Notes under the pieces: generated by a model | What the model was told of the DNA's origin: nothing | What the model saw: only the letters and a program-made list of their open reading frames with translations | Database searches by the model: none | In this document: in pieces, positions 28,279 to 36,816 of the stretch | Layout: every line of letters begins with the position of its first letter | Position numbering within the stretch: the stretch's first letter is position 1 | Position numbers and translations under genes: made by a program | Assembly: GCA_902779305.1 (NCBI GenBank) | Contig: CACZBD010000007.1 | Location: 88,760-152,759 of the forward strand | DNA length: 64,000 bases | Direction: 5' to 3' | DNA from: an uncultured Lachnospiraceae bacterium | GTDB lineage: Bacteria > Bacillota > Clostridia > Lachnospirales > Lachnospiraceae

Positions 28279-29143
28279 TCTGTTGAAATCTTTCTATGTC
28301 AAAGAAGACGATTCGGACAGCCGTGTGATCGATTCCAACGAGATCATCGCGGAACGGTTAAGAGTTCTCGAGGAGCAGATGCGGGAACGGGAATTTCCGG
28401 AAGATGCGGAGTTTACTGAAGGCTTTGTCGAAGGGCTTGATGCCGACCAGGTGGAAGAACTGATGGCGGACCGGGATCAGAACGGTGACACCCGGGCGGA
28501 CATCTACGCAAAAGTCGAAGAGGCAAAAGCGGAGCTGGAACGCCTGAACGAACAGGCTTCCCTTGTGATCGAGGATGCAAAAACACAGGCGGATGCCGTG
28601 CTTGCCGAGGCGAAGGAAGAGGCGGTAAGGATCCGCGAGGATGCCAGGAACGAAGGACATGAAGAGGGTTTTCAGGCCGGACATGCCGAAGGCATGGCCA
28701 AAGTGCAGGAAGCGGAAAATGCGCTTCAGGCAAGGGCGGAGGAACTGGAACAATCCTACGAAAAAATGTTCTCGGAACTGGAACCGCAGATGATGGATCT
28801 GCTCTGTGATATTTACCGGGATGTTTTCAATGTGGATCTGACCGGCCGCAGCGATGTGGTCATTTATCTTCTGCAGAAAGCGATGCAGAACATAGAAGGC
28901 GGCACCAATTATCTGGTCCATGTTTCCCCGGAGGATCATCCCTATGCGGTTGAACATAAAGATGAACTGGTATCTTACGCCGGCCCCGCAGGCACACTGG
29001 AGCTGATCGAGGATCACACGCTGAAACAGGGGCAGAGTTATATCGAGACGGAGAGCGGGATTTTTGACTGCAGTTTCGGCGTGGAGATGGAACTGCTTTC
29101 CAAAGAGATCAAACTGTTATCCCGCAGTGAGTCCGGTTCATAG
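28262..29143 (+). CDS. fliH: Flagellar assembly protein FliH
   Basis: Charged coiled-coil N-half and a FliH/YscL-like C-half. The preferred start is ATG 28262 behind GGAGGTG, and it overlaps the fliG 3' end. Confidence 0.85.
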   Translation: MRSLSNLLKSFYVKEDDSDSRVIDSNEIIAERLRVLEEQMREREFPEDAEFTEGFVEGLDADQVEELMADRDQNGDTRADIYAKVEEAKAELERLNEQASLVIEDAKTQADAVLAEAKEEAVRIREDARNEGHEEGFQAGHAEGMAKVQEAENALQARAEELEQSYEKMFSELEPQMMDLLCDIYRDVFNVDLTGRSDVVIYLLQKAMQNIEGGTNYLVHVSPEDHPYAVEHKDELVSYAGPAGTLELIEDHTLKQGQSYIETESGIFDCSFGVEMELLSKEIKLLSRSESGS

Positions 29144-29154
29144 GACAGAAGGAA

Positions 29155-30456
29155 TTGAATACCGAAAAATACAGAAAACTATCCGAAAAAACATACTTTA
29201 AGCGTCTTGGCAAAGTGATCAATGTCATCGGCCTGACCATTGAATCCAACGGACCGGATGCAAAACTGGACGACCTTTGCAGGATCGTAATCGACGAGGA
29301 ATCAGGTCGGTTCGTGCTTGCAGAGGTTGTTGGCTTTAAGGAAGGAAAAACGCTGCTGATGCCCTACGAGAGTACGGAAGGGATCGGCTTTGGCTGTCTG
29401 GTCGAGAATCTCGGCTATCCCCTTTCGGTTCCGGTCGGGGATGAACTGCTCGGGCAGTGTCTGGACGGGCTGGCAAGACCGCTTGACGGAACGCAGCTGA
29501 ATACCGTGATGACTTATCCCGTGGAAGCGCCGCCCCCGGATCCTCTGGAACGTGTGATCATTGCGGAACCGCTTCCGCTCGGCGTGAAGGCGGTGGACGG
29601 TCTGATGACTATCGGCAAGGGACAGCGTATCGGGATCTTTGCGGGGTCCGGTGTCGGAAAATCCACGCTTCTCGGGATGTTTGCGAGAAATACGAAAGCG
29701 GATATCAATGTGATCGCTCTGATCGGCGAGCGTGGCAGAGAGGTGCGTGAATTCATAGAAAGAGACCTCGGAGAGGAAGGAATGCGCCGCTCCGTTGTGG
29801 TCGTGGCCTCTTCCGATCAGCCTGCGCTGATCCGTAAAAAGGCGGCACTGACCGCCACATCCATTGCGGAATATTTCAGAGACCGGGGAAAAGATGTCCT
29901 GCTGATGATGGACTCCCTGACGCGTTTTTCCATGGCGCAGCGCGAGATCGGCCTTTCCAACGGCGAACCGCCCGTAACGAGAGGATATCCGCCGAGCGTA
30001 TATGCGGAAATGCCGAAGTTACTGGAACGCGCCGGAAATGCGGCGGTCGGATCGATCACGGGATTGTATACGGTGCTTGTGGACGGCGATGATTTTAACG
30101 AACCGATCACGGATACGGCCAGATCCATTCTGGACGGCCATATCGTGCTGAACAGGAAACTGGCGCACAGGAACCATTATCCGGCCATTGATGTGCTGGC
30201 AAGCATTTCCAGATGCATGTCGCAGGTGACGGACAAGCAGCATAAGGCTGTGGCCGGAAAACTGAAAAATGTCCTAGCGACTTACAATGAAGCCGAGGAC
30301 CTGATCAACATCGGCGCCTATAAGGCGGGGGCAAACCCCAATATTGATTTTTCCATCGAAAAGATCAATCAGGTAAACGAATACCTGATGCAGGATGTGG
30401 ACAGCAAATACAGTTATGACGACGAGTTGAAGATGCTTGAGGAGATCTTTGCATAA
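29155..30456 (+). CDS. fliI: Flagellum-specific ATPase FliI
   Basis: 433 aa. Walker A GSGVGKST, Walker B LLMMDSLTR, F1-ATPase beta-like. It has a TTG start behind GAAGGAA. Confidence 0.95.
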   Translation: MNTEKYRKLSEKTYFKRLGKVINVIGLTIESNGPDAKLDDLCRIVIDEESGRFVLAEVVGFKEGKTLLMPYESTEGIGFGCLVENLGYPLSVPVGDELLGQCLDGLARPLDGTQLNTVMTYPVEAPPPDPLERVIIAEPLPLGVKAVDGLMTIGKGQRIGIFAGSGVGKSTLLGMFARNTKADINVIALIGERGREVREFIERDLGEEGMRRSVVVVASSDQPALIRKKAALTATSIAEYFRDRGKDVLLMMDSLTRFSMAQREIGLSNGEPPVTRGYPPSVYAEMPKLLERAGNAAVGSITGLYTVLVDGDDFNEPITDTARSILDGHIVLNRKLAHRNHYPAIDVLASISRCMSQVTDKQHKAVAGKLKNVLATYNEAEDLINIGAYKAGANPNIDFSIEKINQVNEYLMQDVDSKYSYDDELKMLEEIFA

Positions 30457-30899
30457 TGGCCAGATTCCGGTACCGCATGCAGAATATTCTGGATGTCAAA
30501 GAAAAAATGGAGTCACAGGCGAGAAACGAATTTGCCATCGCAAATGCGAAACTGGCCGAGGAAGAGGAAAAACTCGCAGGACTTGAGGCGAGAAAACTGT
30601 CTTACGAGGATGAACTCAGAGCTTTGTACAGTGCAGATCTGGAACTTCTGAAGATCAACGAGACACAGGATGCCATCGACAATCTGAAGGAAAGGATCGT
30701 CATTCAAAAAGGAAATGTGAAGCAGGCAGCGCACAATGTCGACCTTGCGCGTGAAAAACTGACGCTTGCCATGCAGGAGCGCAAAACGCACGAGAAACTG
30801 AAAGAACGGCAGTTTGAAGAGTTTAAACAGGAAGAGGCGGCAAAAGAAAGCAAAGAGATCGATGAACTTGTAAGCTTCAGACACGGGCAGGAAGAGTAA
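30456..30899 (+). CDS. fliJ: Flagellar export chaperone FliJ
   Basis: 147 aa, all coiled coil. The RYRMQNILDVKE start is typical, and the gene is coupled to the fliI stop. Confidence 0.85.
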   Translation: MARFRYRMQNILDVKEKMESQARNEFAIANAKLAEEEEKLAGLEARKLSYEDELRALYSADLELLKINETQDAIDNLKERIVIQKGNVKQAAHNVDLAREKLTLAMQERKTHEKLKERQFEEFKQEEAAKESKEIDELVSFRHGQEE

Positions 30900-30918
30900 A
30901 TGAGCTTGGAGGAAAGAT

Positions 30919-31752
30919 ATGGCTAACGATACGGCTGTGGAAGAATCCGCGGAACAGGGCGGGAAAAAGAAAAAGAATAAAGGCAGCGGTGCAAACTTTG
31001 ACGCATCGGTGGGCGACAACGGCGCCATGTTCACGGACGCGGAAGAAGAGGAAGGCGGCGGCTTTTCTGTTGCGCTGATCATCATCCTGATCGTGATCAT
31101 CTGGCTTGCGATCCTTGCGCTGCTGGTCAAACTTGACATCGGCGGCTTCGGCTCCGGAGTGCTTTATCCGATCTTAAAAGATGTGCCTGTCGTGAAAATG
31201 ATCCTTCCGGATTCCGTTTCCGAAGAGGAAGAGATCGAGGAGGAATTCGGCACGCTTTCCGAAGCAACGGCGGAGATCGCCCGTTTAAGAAGGGAAAACG
31301 AAGAACTGAAGAGAAATCAGAGTTCGGACAATTCCGAGGAGATCAATGCTTACCGGGAAGAGATCAAACGTCTGCAGACTTTTGAAGACAGCCAGGTGGA
31401 ATTCCAGAAGCTGAAAACGGAATTCTACGAGGAAGTGGTATTTTCCGACAATGCTCCGGCGATCGAGGAATACAGGAAATATTATGAGGAGATCGATCCA
31501 GAGAATGCGGAATATCTGTATAAACAGGTCGTGCAGCAGATGGCGACCGACCAGGAGATGAGCGATTATGTCAAGGCATACAGCGACATGAAACCGCAGC
31601 AGGCCGCGAAGATCTTTGAGATGATGCCGGATAACCTGGACCTTGTTGCGAAGATCCTTGGGAAAATGGATGCGACCACACGCGGAAAGATCCTCGGAAA
31701 GATGGATCAGGAGGTTGCGGCGCAGATCACAAAGATCATGGATCCCGACTGA
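30919..31752 (+). CDS. YlxF/FlbB-like flagellar protein with an MgtE-N-like (MotE-like) C-terminal region
   Basis: 277 aa. It has one TM segment, a coiled coil, and the C-terminal KPQQAAKIFEMMPDNLDLVAKILGKMD. Its position equals that of B. subtilis ylxF. Confidence 0.7.
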   Translation: MANDTAVEESAEQGGKKKKNKGSGANFDASVGDNGAMFTDAEEEEGGGFSVALIIILIVIIWLAILALLVKLDIGGFGSGVLYPILKDVPVVKMILPDSVSEEEEIEEEFGTLSEATAEIARLRRENEELKRNQSSDNSEEINAYREEIKRLQTFEDSQVEFQKLKTEFYEEVVFSDNAPAIEEYRKYYEEIDPENAEYLYKQVVQQMATDQEMSDYVKAYSDMKPQQAAKIFEMMPDNLDLVAKILGKMDATTRGKILGKMDQEVAAQITKIMDPD

Positions 31753-31783
31753 TAAAGATCGTATGATTTTTACAAAAATGTAC

Positions 31784-31811
31784 TAAAGTTTTACCGGAAA
31801 CGGACCGATAT
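31784..31811 (+). promoter_or_regulatory. Sigma-28 (SigD/FliA)-type promoter upstream of fliK
   Basis: TAAAGTTT (31784-31791), a 12-nt spacer, then ACCGATAT (31804-31811). The enteric consensus is TAAAGTTT-N11-GCCGATAA and the B. subtilis consensus is TAAA-N15-GCCGATAT. The spacer here is 1 nt longer than consensus. Confidence 0.6.
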
Positions 31812-31879
31812 ATTTTTCGAATGTAACAGTTCAAGTTCCAAATGAAGAACCTTGAAAACCGAATAGAGAGGAGGACAGG

Positions 31880-33229
31880 ATGATGAGCACATCCGTGGCA
31901 GACGTAAGCGCATTGCTTACAAACGCAAACGGTACGGTTAATCAGGTACCGGCAGTTCCCGCACCGTCAGAGACGGAGTCCTTTACAAACTTCATGAATG
32001 CTTCGGCAGAAAAGACCGAGACAAAAGAAGATGTGAAAGAAACCGTCAAACAGACCAAAACAGTTGTTGAAAAGCCCGGCAGGAAAGACCTGGAACAGAC
32101 AACGGGGGAGAAACCGGAGACCGATAACATCGACAAAGATCCGATCGATGCCGTATCAGAAGCAGTCAACGAGATTAAAGAAGCGATCCGTGATAAGTTT
32201 TCGATCTCAGACGAAGAACTGGCCGCCGTAATGGAAACCCTGAACATGACAATGACCGATCTGTTGAATCCGGATCTTTTGAAGGATCTGATGGTCACAT
32301 TGAACGGACAGGAGGACCTGGTATCGGCGCTGACCGATGAGACGCTTTACACGGACATCAAAGAGATCGTTAATCTCGCAAACAACCTGACAGATGAGAT
32401 CAAAGAAAGCTTCAACCTCAATGAGGAAGATTTCGCGAAACTGATCGAAGATGTCAAAACAGTGCAGAACGAGATCGAAGCCCCTGTTGTGAATGAACCC
32501 GATGTTCAGGACAGACCGAAAGTTCCTGAGATCCGCGTCGAGATCAATCGCAGTGAAGAAGTCAGGACGGCCGATCCGGTTTCGGAAGCACCGCAGCAAG
32601 TAATTTCCGCCGACAGAACGCAGAGCGCATCCAAGGAAATGACAAGAGAGGATTCGGAAGATGCATCCGCACAGACGGCACAGCCGCAGCAGACACAGAC
32701 CCAGACCCAGACAGTTCAGGTCGGTGACGTTGTGGAAACTGTCAGGACTTTCTCAAGTTACACGGACGGACAGGAGATCGTCAGACAGGTAACAGATTTT
32801 ATCAGAGTCAATATCAGCCCGGAAGAAACATCCATGGAATTACAACTGCATCCCGCAAGCCTTGGAACGATCCACATGAACATCGCAACACAGAACGGGA
32901 TCGTGACGGCACAGCTGCTGGTACAGAGCGAATCCGTTAAGGAAGCGCTGGAATCACAGCTCATGCAGCTTCAGGAAACATTTGAAGAACAGGGCACGAA
33001 AGTGGAAGCGGTTGAAGTCGCAGTAGCAAGTTATGATCTGGACCGAGGACCTTTTCAGGATCGGGACGATCGGCAGGACCGACAGAATGCCGACGAACAG
33101 AGAGGCCGCAGAAGAGTCAATCTGAATTTGAATGATCTGAATGCGGACGATCTGGAATTAAGTGAAGAAGATCAGCTTGCAAAAGACGTAATGGAGATGA
33201 ATGGCACAAGCGTTGACTTTTCGGCCTAA
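31880..33229 (+). CDS. fliK: Flagellar hook-length control protein FliK
   Basis: 449 aa. It has an acidic, low-complexity N-terminal part with a QTQTQTQT run, and a C-terminal Flg_hook domain (ELQLHPASLGTIHMNI..GIVTAQLLVQSESVKEALE). Confidence 0.85.
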   Translation: MMSTSVADVSALLTNANGTVNQVPAVPAPSETESFTNFMNASAEKTETKEDVKETVKQTKTVVEKPGRKDLEQTTGEKPETDNIDKDPIDAVSEAVNEIKEAIRDKFSISDEELAAVMETLNMTMTDLLNPDLLKDLMVTLNGQEDLVSALTDETLYTDIKEIVNLANNLTDEIKESFNLNEEDFAKLIEDVKTVQNEIEAPVVNEPDVQDRPKVPEIRVEINRSEEVRTADPVSEAPQQVISADRTQSASKEMTREDSEDASAQTAQPQQTQTQTQTVQVGDVVETVRTFSSYTDGQEIVRQVTDFIRVNISPEETSMELQLHPASLGTIHMNIATQNGIVTAQLLVQSESVKEALESQLMQLQETFEEQGTKVEAVEVAVASYDLDRGPFQDRDDRQDRQNADEQRGRRRVNLNLNDLNADDLELSEEDQLAKDVMEMNGTSVDFSA

Positions 33230-33248
33230 GGCCAGGAAGGAGTAACAA

Positions 33249-33926
33249 ATGTCATTAACAGCCCAGATCGTAAACGGCGAGATGGTCTCGAGAACGACCG
33301 AAACAACATCTACAGGGAACACCAACGTGAAATCCACAGCCGATGCGAACAGCTCGCTGGATAAGGATGCTTTTCTGCAGCTTCTTGTAGCGCAGATGAA
33401 GTATCAGGATCCGTTGGAACCCACATCTAACACGGAGTACATTTCCCAGTTCACCACTTTTTCGGAATTGGAACAGATGCAGAACATGTCCAGTTCGATG
33501 GATCTGCAGAGAGCATCGAACTTAGTCGGACAGTATGTTCTGATCAATCATGAATCGGAAGTGACCGGTGAGGCTTCACAGGTCATGGGAAAAGTAGACT
33601 ACGTGTTCTACGAAGGCGGAAAACCTTATCTGCACGTAAACAACGGAGATTACACGATGGACGAACTCGATTCGATCATCGATGCATCGTACTTTGCGGC
33701 GAACGGTTTATCCACCGACTTCATTTCCAGCCTTTCCAAACTGCCGCTTGTAAGCGAGCTGACAACAGGATATGCGGACGTGATCCATAACCTGCGTTCG
33801 GTATACAACGACATGAATGATTATCAGAGATCGTTCATCCCGGTTGAATACGTCAACAAGTTATCGGAATACGAAAACAAACTCCGGCAGCTTATGGCAG
33901 CGGAATCGGAAGATGCAGAAGCGTAA
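33249..33926 (+). CDS. flgD: Flagellar hook assembly/capping protein FlgD
   Basis: 225 aa. DKDAFLQLLVAQMKYQDPLEP is the signature FlgD motif. Confidence 0.9.
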   Translation: MSLTAQIVNGEMVSRTTETTSTGNTNVKSTADANSSLDKDAFLQLLVAQMKYQDPLEPTSNTEYISQFTTFSELEQMQNMSSSMDLQRASNLVGQYVLINHESEVTGEASQVMGKVDYVFYEGGKPYLHVNNGDYTMDELDSIIDASYFAANGLSTDFISSLSKLPLVSELTTGYADVIHNLRSVYNDMNDYQRSFIPVEYVNKLSEYENKLRQLMAAESEDAEA

Positions 33927-33955
33927 ACAGCAGACAAATACATAGGAGAATCGAT

Positions 33956-34360
33956 ATGAAAGTGGTAAATAACAATTACCCTTCCATCGAACAGGTTGCC
34001 GGGCAACTGCTCATGCAACCGGCTTCCGTCAAAGAACAGCCCCAGATTAACGGGCAGACTTTCGCGGATATCTTCCGGCAGAAACAAACGGTAGACAATA
34101 TAGTTTCTCCGGTACGGTTTTCCAAGCATGCATCCGTCAGGCTCGGAGACCGGAACATCGAGTTGTCCAGCGAACAGTTAAACCGCCTCAATGAGGGCGC
34201 TCAGAAAGCGAATGCGAAGGGAATCAATGAGTCGCTTGTTCTGGTAGATGAAATTGCTTTTATCGTAAACATTAAGAATAATACCGTGATCACCGCGATG
34301 GATCAGAGTGAGGCAAAGGAAAATGTATTCACCAATATCGACGGTGCAGTGATCGCCTGA
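33956..34360 (+). CDS. Uncharacterised 'flagellar operon protein' (TIGR02530 / flg_new-like)
   Basis: 134 aa. RFSKHASVRLGDRNIEL...SLVLVDEIAFIVNIKNNTVITAM matches my recollection of this family. It lies between flgD and flgE. Confidence 0.65.
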   Translation: MKVVNNNYPSIEQVAGQLLMQPASVKEQPQINGQTFADIFRQKQTVDNIVSPVRFSKHASVRLGDRNIELSSEQLNRLNEGAQKANAKGINESLVLVDEIAFIVNIKNNTVITAMDQSEAKENVFTNIDGAVIA

Positions 34361-34417
34361 TCTACAGGAGATCCGTCAAGATCACAAACCCGGTCATGAA
34401 AGGAAGGTCAAAACACT

Positions 34418-35794
34418 ATGATGAGATCACTTTTTTCTGGTGTGACAGGTCTTAAAACACATCAGACCAAGATGGACGTAATCGGTAACAATATCGCGAA
34501 CGTTAATACAGTAGGTTTTAAATCCAGCAGCGTAACTTTTGCGGAATTAATGTATCAGACCACACAGAACGCATCCGGCGCGAATGCCGCAACAGGCAGA
34601 GCCGGCGTCAATGCAAAACAGATCGGTCTCGGTGTCGCAAACGGCGCGATCAACACCAACATCACCACATCCGGCGCAAGCCAGACGACAGGAAATCCGT
34701 TTGATATCCAGATCACCGGCGACAGCTTCTTTATCGTCAGCGACGGTGCCAACAACTACTTCACCAGAGCGGGCGCGTTCTATGTGGACGGTGTCGGAAA
34801 TCTGGCAATGACCAGTAACGGCTTCACCGTTATGGGCTGGCAGGAAGATCCCATGAATCCCGGCTACATCAGGAAGGATACCGTTACGGCTTTGAAGATC
34901 ACTTCTCCCGAGAACATGACTTCCGAACCGGAAGCAACCACGGAATCTTATATGACCGGTATCATCGATAAGAATACCAAGGCGCTTTCCACACCGGACG
35001 GACAGGTCGTAAACCTTTCTTTCTACGATAACCTCGGTTACAGCTATGTTGCAAAATATGCCTTTACGGATGAAGATGCCGTAAACGGGATCTACAAACT
35101 GGAGTTGAAGGACATCATTTACGAAGATAACACCGGCGCTACGGCACATGTAACCCCGCTTCCTTCGATCGACGGAACTTCCGGACAGTCCGTTTATGTG
35201 GCCTACGATGTTGCAAACGGTAAGTATCTCGGCTGGGATACAACGCCGACCTCGACACCTTCACATGATGAGAACGACCCGTTCACGATGGACTTCGATC
35301 AGGCTTCGCTTCCTGCATTCGAAGATGTGAACGTTGATCTGAAGACCACGACGATGTTCGATAACAACGGTACTTCCACGATCGCTGCCAAGGCCGGCAA
35401 TGCGGACGGTCAGTATGCAGGACGTAAAGTCGGTACGATGTCGGGCGTTGCGGTTCAGACAGACGGTAAGATCTATGCATCCTACGATAACGGTACCACA
35501 AAGCTTCTGGGGCAGATCGCGGTCGCATCCTTCCCGAACCCTTCGGGTCTTGAGAAGATCGGTGAGAACCTTTACCAGACGACCATGAACTCCGGCCTGT
35601 TCGACGGCATCGGCATCGATGTTACCTCGGACGGCATCGGCAAGATGCAGACGGGTGTTCTGGAAATGAGTAACGTGGACCTTTCCGCTGAGTTTACCGA
35701 GATGATCACCACACAGCGTGGTTTCCAGGCAAACAGCCGTATCATTACGGTATCCGACTCTCTGCTGGAGGAATTGACGAACCTGAAGAGATAA
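34418..35794 (+). CDS. flgE: Flagellar hook protein FlgE
   Basis: 458 aa. MMRSLFSGVTGLKTHQTKMDVIGNNIANVNTVGFK at the N-terminus, and LEMSNVDLSAEFTEMITTQRGFQANSRIIT at the C-terminus. Confidence 0.95.
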   Translation: MMRSLFSGVTGLKTHQTKMDVIGNNIANVNTVGFKSSSVTFAELMYQTTQNASGANAATGRAGVNAKQIGLGVANGAINTNITTSGASQTTGNPFDIQITGDSFFIVSDGANNYFTRAGAFYVDGVGNLAMTSNGFTVMGWQEDPMNPGYIRKDTVTALKITSPENMTSEPEATTESYMTGIIDKNTKALSTPDGQVVNLSFYDNLGYSYVAKYAFTDEDAVNGIYKLELKDIIYEDNTGATAHVTPLPSIDGTSGQSVYVAYDVANGKYLGWDTTPTSTPSHDENDPFTMDFDQASLPAFEDVNVDLKTTTMFDNNGTSTIAAKAGNADGQYAGRKVGTMSGVAVQTDGKIYASYDNGTTKLLGQIAVASFPNPSGLEKIGENLYQTTMNSGLFDGIGIDVTSDGIGKMQTGVLEMSNVDLSAEFTEMITTQRGFQANSRIITVSDSLLEELTNLKR

Positions 35795-35827
35795 TAGAAG
35801 AAATTAAACAAATATTTGTAATTTGTT

Positions 35828-35856
35828 TAGACATTTGCCACAATATATTGTATAAT
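35828..35856 (+). promoter_or_regulatory. Candidate sigma-A promoter in the flgE-motA gap
   Basis: TAGACA (35828-35833), a 17-nt spacer, then TATAAT (35851-35856). Confidence 0.45.
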
Positions 35857-35857
35857 G

Positions 35858-35884
35858 GACAAGGAAACCTGGTGTTTCCTTGTC
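35858..35884 (+). other. Stable hairpin, either a flgE attenuator/terminator or a 5' stabiliser of a motA transcript
   Basis: GACAAGGAAAC-ctggt-GTTTCCTTGTC (11-bp perfect stem). It starts 2 nt after the TATAAT box and is followed by only a weak T-tract. Confidence 0.5.
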
Positions 35885-36003
35885 TGCATTTGTATAATTC
35901 ATTTCACGGCTACCGAATTTCTGATGAAATTCGCTATCCTATAGACAGACATGGAAATATTTAGTAAAATTGTATAGATAGGTTATCTATGCGAAATAGG
36001 TAG

Positions 36004-36816
36004 GTGGGAGTATTGGATCTAGCTACAATAATCGGGATCGTGGTGTGTTTGATCTTCATCATCCTCTCGATTGCATTGGGCCAGGACGGTATTGCGGGCG
36101 TTAAGTATTTCATCGACTACCCGTCCATCATGATCACTTTTGGTGGCGCGTTCGCCTGCGTATTGTCATGTTGTACAATTAAAGAGTTCGTGAACGGATT
36201 AAAAAGCGCCGGAATCGCTTTTAAGCTGCCTTCATTAAACGCTGCCGGGATCATTCAGAAGATCATCGATCTTTCGAATGTAGCGCGTAAGGAAGGCTTA
36301 TTGTCGTTAGAAGAAGCAGCCGGCGAACTGGATGATCCGTTCCTTCAAAAAGGGATCATGCTGATCGTCGACGGTACGGATCCGGATCTGGTACGCGCGA
36401 TCATGGAAACGGAACTGGTCAGCATCGATGACAGACACAGGGTCAATATCAGCTTTTGGGAAACCGTGGCAGCCATGGGCCCTGCCTGGGGTATGATCGG
36501 TACCCTGCTCGGTCTGGTCATGATGCTTTACCATATGGAAGATGCTTCCACGATCGGACCGTCCATGGCGGTTGCCCTGATCACGACATTCTACGGTTCC
36601 ATTCTTGCGAACTGGATCTGTACGCCGTTTTCCACGAAACTGAAGAAGATCAACGGCGCCGAAATGCAGGTCAAAGAGATCATCATCGAAGGGCTGCTTT
36701 CGATCCAGGCCGGTGAGAACCCGCGTGTCATCGAAGAAAAACTGAAATCCTTCATGGCGCCTGCGGAACGCGCTTCTGTCGGTAAAGATAATGGCGGAGG
36801 TGAAGAGAATGGCTAA
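36004..36816 (+). CDS. motA: Flagellar stator protein MotA
   Basis: 270 aa with a GTG start behind GGTAGGTGGGAG. It has 4 TM segments and a MotA/ExbB C-terminal motif (AMGPAWGMIGTLLGLV, ALITTFYG). Confidence 0.9.
   Translation: MGVLDLATIIGIVVCLIFIILSIALGQDGIAGVKYFIDYPSIMITFGGAFACVLSCCTIKEFVNGLKSAGIAFKLPSLNAAGIIQKIIDLSNVARKEGLLSLEEAAGELDDPFLQKGIMLIVDGTDPDLVRAIMETELVSIDDRHRVNISFWETVAAMGPAWGMIGTLLGLVMMLYHMEDASTIGPSMAVALITTFYGSILANWICTPFSTKLKKINGAEMQVKEIIIEGLLSIQAGENPRVIEEKLKSFMAPAERASVGKDNGGGEENG

Noticed and set aside
35853-35942. 29-codon mini-ORF (MDKETWCFLVCICIIHFTATEFLMKFAIL) in the flgE-motA gap as a possible flbD replacement
   Set aside because: It has no RBS, its ATG overlaps the TATAAT box, it bears no resemblance to FlbD/SwrD, and its sequence is dictated by the hairpin.
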